The notes beneath the pieces were generated by a model. The model was not told the origin of the DNA, ran no database searches, and worked only from the letters and a program-made list of their open reading frames with translations. Both the position numbers and the translations under genes were made by a program. Source: an uncultured Nitrososphaerales archaeon (lineage in GTDB: Archaea > Thermoproteota > Nitrososphaeria > Nitrososphaerales > Nitrososphaeraceae). From it: DNA of 64,000 nucleotides. Positions 55,767 to 64,000 of this stretch are shown piece after piece. Every line of letters starts with the position of its first letter. Positions within the stretch are counted from its first letter, which is position 1. The stretch is from positions 512,001 through 576,000 of the forward strand of contig CAVQMO010000001.1 in assembly GCA_963713605.1 (NCBI GenBank). Reading direction: 5' to 3'.

Positions 55767-56588
55767 ATGACTGACACGTTAAAAATAAAGGAAAAGGTAA
55801 AGCAAAGATACGCAAAGGTCGCGCTGACTGGCGACTCGTGTTGTGGTCCTTCGACTAATCTTCAAAGTGGAGGAGCATGTTGCTCCGGAAATAGTAATGG
55901 GAGTCTCCACGCTTCACAATCGGCCGCACAGATATCCGAACTGGTAGGGTATGACCCAAAAGAACTTAAGTCAATACCAGAAGCGTCTATTCTCGGAGCA
56001 GGTTGCGGAACGCCAACAAAGTTTGCCTTTATCAAGGAAGGTGATACCGTCGTTGATTTGGGTTCGGGTGCAGGTATTGATGTATTTCTAGCCGCTAACA
56101 TAGTCAAAGGCTCAGGAAGTGTGATAGGCATAGACATGACTGATGAAATGCTAGAAAAAGCAAGAAAGAACACTGCAGGTAATGGTTACACGAATGTTAA
56201 ATTCAGAAAAGGAGATATCGAAGACAGCATTCCTATTGATAGTAACAGTGTAGATGTGGTAATAAGTAATTGTGTGATCAACCTCACAACAGATAAAGTA
56301 AAAACATTTAGAGAAATACATAGAATTCTCAAGCCTAACGGGATTGGAAGGATGGTTATCTCAGACCTTGTCACGGATAAGCAGATAGCCGAAGACATTT
56401 CATCGGTTGATGCAGATAAGTGGTGCAGTTGCATTGACGGTGCGTTGACTAAGGAAAATTACATTGCTAGCATCAAAAAAGGTGGATTTGAGAAGGTGGA
56501 GGTGTTAGATGAAAAAATCTATACTGAGGGAGACGAGGTTGATAATCGAAGGATTAGCAGTCTAGTTATCAAAGCAGTAAAACATTGA
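55767..56588 (+). CDS. arsM: Arsenite S-adenosylmethionine methyltransferase
   Basis: IKEKVKQRY..SCCG, LGAGCGTP, VVDLGSGAGIDVF, ISNCVINL and WCSCIDGA. Confidence 0.9.
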   Translation: MTDTLKIKEKVKQRYAKVALTGDSCCGPSTNLQSGGACCSGNSNGSLHASQSAAQISELVGYDPKELKSIPEASILGAGCGTPTKFAFIKEGDTVVDLGSGAGIDVFLAANIVKGSGSVIGIDMTDEMLEKARKNTAGNGYTNVKFRKGDIEDSIPIDSNSVDVVISNCVINLTTDKVKTFREIHRILKPNGIGRMVISDLVTDKQIAEDISSVDADKWCSCIDGALTKENYIASIKKGGFEKVEVLDEKIYTEGDEVDNRRISSLVIKAVKH

Positions 56589-56613
56589 GAGAAGCCAAGA
56601 ACCGTGATTACGA

Positions 56614-57071
56614 ATGAAATTTTCGTTCAGTACTAAACCAGGAATAAAAAAAAGAAGACGATACTCTTTGTCTGCGTGCAGAATGCAGGGAGGAGTCAAA
56701 TGGCGGAGGGATTTTTTAGAAAATATGCTCCAGAAGGCTTTGAGCCAATGAGTGCGGGAACAAAGCCGATCTCCCAGATTAACCCGCTTGCAATACAAGT
56801 AATGAATGAGATTGGAATAGACTTATCCAAACAAAAGCCTAAAGACCTTTCCGAAGACATGATGAGAAATTCAGACAAGATCATCAATACGGGTTGCATG
56901 GACAAGAACTTCTGTCCGACGTTGTTTATTCCTAATGTAATTGACTGGGGGATTGAAGATCCTAAAGACAAACCAATAGAAAAAGTCAGAGAGATCAGAG
57001 ATGAGATAGAAAGGAGAATCAAGGAACTTGCAACAGACATTTCTGTCGCTGAAGAAGAAAACAATAGATAA
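56614..57071 (+). CDS. arsC: Arsenate reductase, LMW-PTP type (frameshift in the A8 run near 56650)
   Basis: ILFVCVQNAGRSQMAE (CX5R), SAGTKP, GC....CP and DWGIEDP. Confidence 0.9.
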
Positions 57072-57738
57072 ACTTACATCAAATCAAAAAAAGTTCGTTG
57101 CAGAAGTAGTAGGTACATTCATTGTAGTCGTCTTGGCCACGGGCGCAGTAGTAATTGATGCTAAGTTCCATGGAATATTTGGCATCCCATTTATCGCATT
57201 CCTTCCATTCATAGGAGTGGCGGCAGGAGTGTATTTATTCAGTAAAACATCTATGGCGCACTTTAACCCGGCTGTGACGCTAGGGTTTCTGATTACCAAA
57301 CATATTACAAGGCTACAACTATTATACTATTTTACCGCCGAAATCTTGGGTGCGTTACTAGGAAGTCTTTTTGTAATGTATATAATTGGAAGAGAAGCCA
57401 ATTTGGGCGCAAACTCACCCAATTATGCATATCCATTGTCTATGATATTTGGGATTGAATTATTGGCTTCTGCATTACTCATGGCTGTAATAATAACAGT
57501 GGTTTATACGAATGGTTTGAGGGGATATGGGGGACTTGTCATAGGTGGAATAGTCGGACTTGACATATTTTTTCTCGCTTTTATATCTGGAGCATCAATG
57601 AATCCTGCACGTTCGCTTGCTCCTGCATTAACTTCTGGGGTTCTGGATAATTTATGGTTGTACTGGAGTGCCACATTTATTGGAACTTCAATTGTTGCAT
57701 TGCTTGTTAGAAAAAAGTTTGCAGACAAGTTTCGATGA
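57028..57738 (+). CDS. MIP-family channel (aquaporin/aquaglyceroporin) in the ars operon
   Basis: AEVVGTF, HFNPAVT and GASMNPARS; overlaps the arsC stop. Confidence 0.9.
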   Translation: MQQTFLSLKKKTIDKLTSNQKKFVAEVVGTFIVVVLATGAVVIDAKFHGIFGIPFIAFLPFIGVAAGVYLFSKTSMAHFNPAVTLGFLITKHITRLQLLYYFTAEILGALLGSLFVMYIIGREANLGANSPNYAYPLSMIFGIELLASALLMAVIITVVYTNGLRGYGGLVIGGIVGLDIFFLAFISGASMNPARSLAPALTSGVLDNLWLYWSATFIGTSIVALLVRKKFADKFR

Positions 57739-57770
57739 CGCTAGGCTCTTGTGTTCTTATAATTTGGGTT

Positions 57771-57915
57771 TTGCTTTAGTTTCTATTTTTACACTTACTT
57801 TACCCCGGTTCTCTGACAACTTAAATAGTTTCCTCGGTAAACATATGGTGATGACTAATTTGTAAAAAGCAAAACAAAAGAAAAAGACAGGTCGGATAGA
57901 CGACCCATGTTGTGA
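57771..57915 (+). repeat. Degenerate copy of the arsM promoter and 5' coding end (55687-55845)
   Basis: TTGCTTTAGTTTC..TTTACACTTACTTTACC..TGACAACTTAAATAGTTTC..GTAAACAT..ATGACT is shared by both copies. Confidence 0.85.
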
Positions 57916-58317
57916 CGACTTCTGTCGGTACCGATTACTGACGAATTCCAGATTTATTGAATTCTTTTCTTATTTTAACTGGCCAATTCTAATACACATA
58001 TTGCTGCATGGTTACCGAAAGTGCATGGTTCAGTATATCATATGTAAGAACAGAATGGAATGGCGGGGAATTAGGATGAATAGTAGCATTGCATTAGAGT
58101 AACTAGATATCTGTAAAAAGAAGTCCATTTGGATCCGTCAGTACACAGACATTTGCTATTGGTCAATAGTTTTAAGTCGTGTGAGCCCCCAATCGAACAG
58201 AATGCTTCTGTATCGAGAAAATCGTTCAGATTTTCGGCATGTGTCATCTATTTTCAGTGAATGGGTAATGATAAATTATGATCCGCCTGCTTTATATAAA
58301 TCCAAGTTTCTTGGATC

Positions 58318-58947
58318 CTACTTTTTCTTTAATCTGATAGAAATTGTTGTTTCATCATATTCCGTTCTAAAGTCTACAGAATCCTGGAGGTTTTCAAGAA
58401 ACTGAGTAAACATTCTGTTCCAAAAGTAGGAGCAATTTACTCCCAAGTTGTGTCTAATTATCACCCAGAAGTTATCTGGCGTCTTATTGTAATTAGTACG
58501 ATTAGAACTACTACTAGAATTAACGATTGAACTTAGCTCTTCCATTTCATCATAGTCAGCATCTCTTGTCAACTTACTAGTTGTAATAACCCTTGCATCT
58601 GTGCCCATCAGGTATTTAGCTATTTTGGAGATAAGGTCCAATGAAGTTTGTAAATTTAATTCTCCCCATAAAAGCCGGGTAACATGGTCTAGTTCTATTC
58701 CCCAATTATCCACTAGATCGTTTAAACTATCCTTGCTAGCATATGAGAATAATGAATACAGAGCCTTTTTCGGTATAGAAACTTTTTCGCTAGATGCTAA
58801 TGGTATAAAAAACTCTGTTTGGGAGTTGATAATAGAGCTAATGTATGCACTAACGCTCAATCCTCTGGCCTTTGCAAAATTGTCGACTATCCTAAAATCA
58901 TTCTCGTTAACCCTTAAGGTTATAACTCTATCTTTTTTCTTAGGCAA
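58318..58947 (-). CDS. Hypothetical protein with N-terminal ribbon-helix-helix-like segment
   Basis: VITLRVNE..FAKARGLSVSAYISSII. Confidence 0.65.
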   Translation of the reverse strand: MPKKKDRVITLRVNENDFRIVDNFAKARGLSVSAYISSIINSQTEFFIPLASSEKVSIPKKALYSLFSYASKDSLNDLVDNWGIELDHVTRLLWGELNLQTSLDLISKIAKYLMGTDARVITTSKLTRDADYDEMEELSSIVNSSSSSNRTNYNKTPDNFWVIIRHNLGVNCSYFWNRMFTQFLENLQDSVDFRTEYDETTISIRLKKK

Positions 58948-58965
58948 GAGCAGCGGTCACAACAA

Positions 58966-59577
58966 ATGTATTCATTGTATTCATTTTTAAGTTTTAGTTT
59001 CATTCTATCTTATAAATATGAACACGTAAAGAGTATCAATAACAAAAAATTGAAAACAGAAAATGTATCTATAGAAGATGTATACGAAGCGTTATCTGAC
59101 AACAAGGCCCTAGTTTTATTTAATACTATAGCCCTTGCAGATGATGATGATGATGTCAATAGAGCGCCACTTCAAATTCGAAAGTTGGGACTCACAACAA
59201 GACAATACTACTCTAGAATAACAAGGCTAACAGAAACTGGTCTGATAAGAAGACAAAATGGCCGATATTCTCTAACTCTATTGGGTAAGATGATATACGA
59301 TATTCATATCACGACATCCAAAGTACTTAGTTACCACTGGAAGCTCAAGGCAATAGAATCTATCCAGATGTCAAATCCTGTAGGCATACCAGAGGAAGAA
59401 TTCTCTAAATTAGTTGATGCACTGATGGATGATTTTAAAATAAAGAATATGGTTGCAAAAGCAATTTACCCCCAATTGACAAACAGTGAAAAGTATCCAA
59501 GACAACAACAAGAAGAAGAACCGCAATCAATCAAAGTACAATCAAGCACAATGCGGCACCTCCACGGGGAGGTCTAA
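58966..59577 (+). CDS. Winged-helix hypothetical regulator
   Basis: LGLTTRQYYSRITRLTETGLIRRQNGRYSLTLLG. Confidence 0.7.
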   Translation: MYSLYSFLSFSFILSYKYEHVKSINNKKLKTENVSIEDVYEALSDNKALVLFNTIALADDDDDVNRAPLQIRKLGLTTRQYYSRITRLTETGLIRRQNGRYSLTLLGKMIYDIHITTSKVLSYHWKLKAIESIQMSNPVGIPEEEFSKLVDALMDDFKIKNMVAKAIYPQLTNSEKYPRQQQEEEPQSIKVQSSTMRHLHGEV

Positions 59578-59738
59578 TTTACAGAATCTGGCAACATATT
59601 AACGACACCATCATGGTGGCTTGCGAATATAAACTCCCTCGAACTTATGCCTAAGTTGTTTTGCTTACTTGAAAGAAGCAAAATTATAATGTCTTATTAT
59701 GAAGACTTCGATAATGATAAAAAAATCATTCCTAATTT

Positions 59739-60104
59739 ATGTGGTTGAGGCTAATAGGAGTAATAGTGATGTTCTCAGGAATCGGTATCGCAGTAACATT
59801 AGTAACCATAATCTCGCAGAATCGAGTTCAGCATATGCAGCAAAGATTAAAGTCAAAGACCGAAGGTAAGGGTAGAGTATTAACAGATGAGACGAAGACA
59901 ACCATAAAAGACAAAATCGAGGGAATCGAGAAACTTTCTGAATAAGATTTTAACGTACTTGTTATCATGATGAAGAGTTTACGCCATACTCTACTTGAAG
60001 AATCTAAGAATGTATACAAATGCTTCAGATGCGGTAAAGATTACTATAGTAGGCCCAAATATTGCAGCAACTGTGGTCTTGCTTTGCTTAGCCCATCTGG
60101 ATGA
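59739..60104 (+). pseudogene. C-terminal remnant of a K+-channel-like protein with Zn-ribbon tail
   Basis: RLIGVIVMFSGIG resembles an inner helix; in-frame TAA at 59943, then CFRCG..YCSNCG; no pore motif upstream. Confidence 0.5.
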
Positions 60105-60164
60105 CACTTAGTAGGTTCGAGTAACTACTATTACTACTAACGCTAACTAAACTCTGCTAGTAAC

Positions 60165-61448
60165 CTAGGGTGTTTGTGAAGATAAGATGGTTAACGTCTT
60201 AAAGTCTCTGACTGGATCTGAAAGCCAGCCAAAAAGATCTTCCAGAACCTTTTGATCTATTGGACCTCCAAGAGCAGTCTTCCATTGAGATGAAGGGTAG
60301 AACAAATGGCCGAGGTCCGGATATGTTATCAACGTATGATCAGGATGCCTTACTTCTGTCAGTTCCTGCTCTAAAAGAAATGCTTGCTGTATGGGGGTGT
60401 CTGAATCATTCTTTCCTTGTTGTATTAAAATAGATGTATCGGAAGGAACTTTACTTATGATATCCAAAGTAGGTGTCAGAGCGAATTGTGATGTAAGCCA
60501 AATAGGACACGGACCTTCTAGACCATTACACTTCTCACCCGGTGTCACAACTGATACTGATTTTAGATTGTCTATTAACCTGGGTTTGAGTTCGTCATTA
60601 ATACTTATGAATGTGTCATTATTTGTGTTATATTGGGGATTCAGTTGGTCTGCTGTTGTTCCATTGACCGTAGTAATGTTTTGAGCAAGGATTAGAGTGA
60701 TATTTCCGACCAAAGTACTAAAAACAGGATTCTCAGACGCTTCTTGTACTGATATCAATCCATTGTGATTATGGTCCAGAACCTGTTGAGCGTAGTGTAT
60801 TGGGTTCGTAACACCTTGGAAGTATCCTATTTCACGCAAGTTTTGGGCCACGGCCCCCATCAGTACAATATTATCTACTTTATCTGGATTGTCGATTGCA
60901 ACTCTTGGGACAATCGTTGTACCCTCGCTATGTCCAACTAGAGTTACATGGTTAGCATCAACTTCTGGTTGCTGTATAAGAACATTTAGGGCCTTCTCTG
61001 CATCTTGCCTTAGTTCATCAACAGTTACATTCCCCCATACATTGCTATCCAGAACTGTCAGATTCGCGCCAAAACCTCTCTTGTCATACTGCAATACTGC
61101 AATACCTCTTTCTGAAAGATATTCGGCTATATCAAAGAACGGTCTACCAGGCGGATAAATAATTGAGCCTGTTTCGTTATCTATGTGAACGTAGCCTGCA
61201 GTTTCATTCATATCCGTGGTTCCAGAGCCAGGTACAAGGAGAACACCTGGGAAGGGACCGTCCCCATTGGATGGAAGATTTAGCCTAGCGTTAGTCTTTA
61301 AACCATTACCCAAATCTATAACCATATTTCTATATTTTGTTGTCTGCAAGTCCGATTGAGCATGAACTGTGAGGGCTACACCACAAAATAAGAATGATAT
61401 TGAATAAACTGAAAGAACTACTGCTATTATCTTTAATGACAAATGCAT
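60165..61448 (-). CDS. Secreted alpha/beta hydrolase
   Basis: Signal peptide, VPGSG..D, YDKRG, GHSEG nucleophile, QG.ND and YPDLGH. Confidence 0.9.
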   Translation of the reverse strand: MHLSLKIIAVVLSVYSISFLFCGVALTVHAQSDLQTTKYRNMVIDLGNGLKTNARLNLPSNGDGPFPGVLLVPGSGTTDMNETAGYVHIDNETGSIIYPPGRPFFDIAEYLSERGIAVLQYDKRGFGANLTVLDSNVWGNVTVDELRQDAEKALNVLIQQPEVDANHVTLVGHSEGTTIVPRVAIDNPDKVDNIVLMGAVAQNLREIGYFQGVTNPIHYAQQVLDHNHNGLISVQEASENPVFSTLVGNITLILAQNITTVNGTTADQLNPQYNTNNDTFISINDELKPRLIDNLKSVSVVTPGEKCNGLEGPCPIWLTSQFALTPTLDIISKVPSDTSILIQQGKNDSDTPIQQAFLLEQELTEVRHPDHTLITYPDLGHLFYPSSQWKTALGGPIDQKVLEDLFGWLSDPVRDFKTLTILSSQTP

Positions 61449-61579
61449 ATGATAATGGGCCTTTTTACTTAAGGATTACTTGCGGGAGGGAGCGATTCTT
61501 CGGTAGTCTTTTACGTATTTATGTTCTATCTACGGGGATACCCCGTGAAATGAATAAATCTAAATATTTTTAATGAATA

Positions 61580-61894
61580 ATGACTAGTATGTCCAACCAA
61601 CCGGAAGATAAGAGAGAAAAGAGACTTGGAAATTTATCCAACCTCCTGAGAGGCATCGACCGTTCGGATATGGAGTTGACGATGGGCCACTTATCACTTG
61701 AGTTCTATAGACAAGCAACATTGGCTGAGGGCTATGTCCATAACGGAGAAATAGGCGAAGCGGAAAGTCACAGGCTTATCGCAGAGGCAATACACGATAT
61801 CTTAAGAACGCTAGAGGTAAAAAGACGTGAGGCGGTAGAGGCAGAGATAGCACCCAGTGTTACTGATATTCAACGAATAAAGGAGGAGGAGTAG
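61580..61894 (+). CDS. Hypothetical helical protein
   Basis: ATG after a TAAATA box; ACGGGG-ATA-CCCCGT palindrome at 61532-61546. Confidence 0.6.
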   Translation: MTSMSNQPEDKREKRLGNLSNLLRGIDRSDMELTMGHLSLEFYRQATLAEGYVHNGEIGEAESHRLIAEAIHDILRTLEVKRREAVEAEIAPSVTDIQRIKEEE

Positions 61895-62010
61895 GTGACT
61901 TACGAGGAATCATAAATCGGCTTTCTGGCAGTTCTGGCACTAATAAAGTCAGTTAGTCTGGCAACAGACGCCAAGCGTGATAAATTATCTTTGCCTCCTG
62001 ATTACTGTTT

Positions 62011-62241
62011 TTGTCATTGTCGCTTTGCTTTAACCCTGGACCCGAAGGTCGAGGAAGGAAGGGAGGTATATGCAGTATAGTCAGTTGCTTTAACAAACCT
62101 ATTACTCAATGCCCAAAGTGCACAAACTATTATTGCAGAGACGAGCATTACAAAACACATTTTCATTTATTAAAGATAGGACCCAGAATATTACAGCCCG
62201 ACAGACGAGTGTTTAATTTAGTGTTACTAATAAGAGAGTAA
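62011..62241 (+). CDS. Small Cys/His Zn-finger-like protein (start uncertain)
   Basis: C....C......CPKC...YC...H...H. Confidence 0.45.
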   Translation: MSLSLCFNPGPEGRGRKGGICSIVSCFNKPITQCPKCTNYYCRDEHYKTHFHLLKIGPRILQPDRRVFNLVLLIRE

Positions 62242-62446
62242 CTAAGTAATGAATTTAGGCCGTAAACTATGTATCAAAATTTAGATTGTCTGCTAAAAAA
62301 GTAGGAAAGCATGGTAAGATTTGCAATAGGTCATTTATTTCGACCAGCAAGAGTTCATTCTTTTTCCTTTCCTTTTCTTTCGATATTATTTGCAACTCTG
62401 GCATTGCCTAAACTATTTTTTAGGATCTCAGATCTAGGGTAAGGTA

Positions 62447-62674
62447 ATGATGAGGATGAAGTTGTTGTCGCTTGGTTGGCTATCAGATAGACATGAGTAT
62501 TGCTGTCATAGGTTTGCTGGCGCTACTGGTTGCCAAGTCGCTCACGTGCCTAATGAATGTCTTTCTGAATTAGTAGCGAAGCAATCCTTGAAATTTGAAG
62601 ACGAATTTACAGGCCGATATAGATATCGAATAACTCAGAGGGGAAGCCGGTATTTAGCCCTATTTCAAGATTAA
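62447..62674 (+). pseudogene. Winged-helix fragment
   Basis: ECLSELVAK..RYRITQRGSRYL resembles a wHTH C-terminus; the N-terminus looks degraded. Confidence 0.4.
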
Positions 62675-63685
62675 TCCGTAACAGTCGTAATGCACTAGTT
62701 TTTAGGATCTTCTACGTCAAAGCACCGAGATTATGTGTTGGTCAGACCTCCTTCGGATTGATGTTAAACATGCAATGTTCCTAAGGCTAAAGAACACGAA
62801 TCCCTATAGTAAGAAGGGTTTTACTAGCCAATACCCGACCAGCAAAGAGATAAGATACCAAGCCAATGCAATCCAAGTCAAGGCATGTCTAACTAACTAA
62901 CCTAACTTTCGATTGTTTATTCTTTATTCTTTGCTGCAGTTCTAGGGTTTTCTGTACGTTTATGCTTTGGATTTGCTAAAACCCTGTTTGTAACATTGGC
63001 GGAGTGTTTCCTAAATTCATTCATCTTTGCAGATACAAATGAATCTAGGTGCTTTTGTTTTTACTGCCAACTCATTTAGGCGTCTATGTCTGTCAGCATC
63101 TATGTCATTATTGAAGACATTCGACGGGGGAAGTTGACGCGATATCTTGTATCCTTGAGTTGTCCATTTGCTTTCTCAAAGGTTTGCCCAAGCAGACTTT
63201 TTTATCGACTCTCATGACGACCTATTGAAGTATTTACAATATATGGTGTCCATTTTGTCCTGGGAATAATGATCTTCACCACCACCAACAAACCTCTAAA
63301 TATTTTATTTAACACGTTAAGAGGAGTTTCCACTTGTCAAGTTCATCTGAGAGAGAAAATACACTAAGCAGTCTTGGCAGAAAACTAGGTCGCGAACTAG
63401 GCGACGATTTCAGAAATGCTGGGAACAAACTGAAGGATATTTAGATTCGTGACTTTGAGATTCAATCTAGCAGAGGTATTTGCTGACCGGAATGATCTCA
63501 TCGAAGCGGCATACCATAGGACGTTGGCCTACAACACCCAGGGATATTGAAATGATGATCGAATGAATAATGAGATGAGATGAATCCTAGTGAACTAGGC
63601 AGCAGGATGTAAGCAGTTCTGGCATTGAATGATTCATAAATAACTATTACGCATAAGAAACATCTTTGAAAAACGGAAGTCAGAA

Positions 63686-63859
63686 ATGAGAAAATCGAAG
63701 CAATCTAGCATAAAACAGGACAAAAAGGGTTTACTGGGCACTGCAGAGAGTAATGCAGTTGTCAAAGAAGGCCAAAGACGACGACAGATGCAAGATGAGC
63801 AACAAAGAAAGGTTAAGGATTTTATGGATAGCATAGAATATCGAGCCAACCCGTTCTAA
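63686..63859 (+). CDS. Small basic hypothetical protein (57 aa)
   Basis: MRKSKQSS..EYRANPF* is open on the + strand, opposite the track ORF 63634-63849. Confidence 0.4.
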   Translation: MRKSKQSSIKQDKKGLLGTAESNAVVKEGQRRRQMQDEQQRKVKDFMDSIEYRANPF

Positions 63860-64000
63860 TTTCATTACTTCACTTCCCTTCCGAGCTTGAATTAAATTCT
63901 TAGAAAAAATTCTATATTCAGGTACTCACTGAATCGTCAAGAATACTACGGACTATCAGAGAGTACTCCAGTCATATTGCTGTTGCTGCTGCCAGTTTCA

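Larger units (their letters stand above)
39135..64000. mobile_element. tRNA-Lys-anchored accessory genomic island (extends beyond the window)
   Basis: Abrupt change after the tRNA to low coding density, an integrase, pseudogenes, virus-like fragments and resistance cargo. Confidence 0.8.

Noticed and set aside
56640..56660. Programmed -1 frameshift at A_AAA_AAA in arsC
   Set aside because: A homopolymer in an indel-prone sequence with no evident stimulatory structure; an error is more likely.
53741..62950. Recurring TCTAGGGT(T) words as recombination sites
   Set aside because: Too short; CTAGGG also occurs several times in core genes, and enrichment was not tested.

Overview
Archaeal DNA, most consistent with an ammonia-oxidising thaumarchaeote (Nitrososphaeraceae-like). 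Support: unsplit rpoA, archaeal ribosomal proteins and TBP, an acetyl/propionyl-CoA carboxylase trio, and BHB-intron tRNAs. Bases 1-39.1 kb are core genome: aspartate kinase, pckA, queC-folE, tbp, rpoH-B-A-rpl30e-nusA-rps12-rps7, acc/pcc, iscS-larE-larC/mdh-larB and rpl18-rps5-rpl30-rpl15-secY-adk-DUF106-cmk. Many essential genes there carry single-base indels, most likely read or consensus errors. Two tRNAs absent from the ORF track were found by eye: tRNA-Gln(CUG) with three introns (10/11, 21/22, 37/38) and tRNA-Lys(CUU) with a 42/43 intron and a C55 T-loop. From tRNA-Lys to the window end is an accessory island. It holds a decayed tyrosine integrase plus MFS closed by a 14-bp att-like repeat, a high-GC phosphoesterase fragment, Gln/Pro-rich secreted proteins, two diverged terminase-like 3' ends bracketing a LamG-sugar dehydrogenase gene, Zn-finger microproteins and an arsM-arsC-aquaporin operon. 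Several cargo units are bracketed by diverged direct repeats. All calls come from motif recognition; no searches were run.
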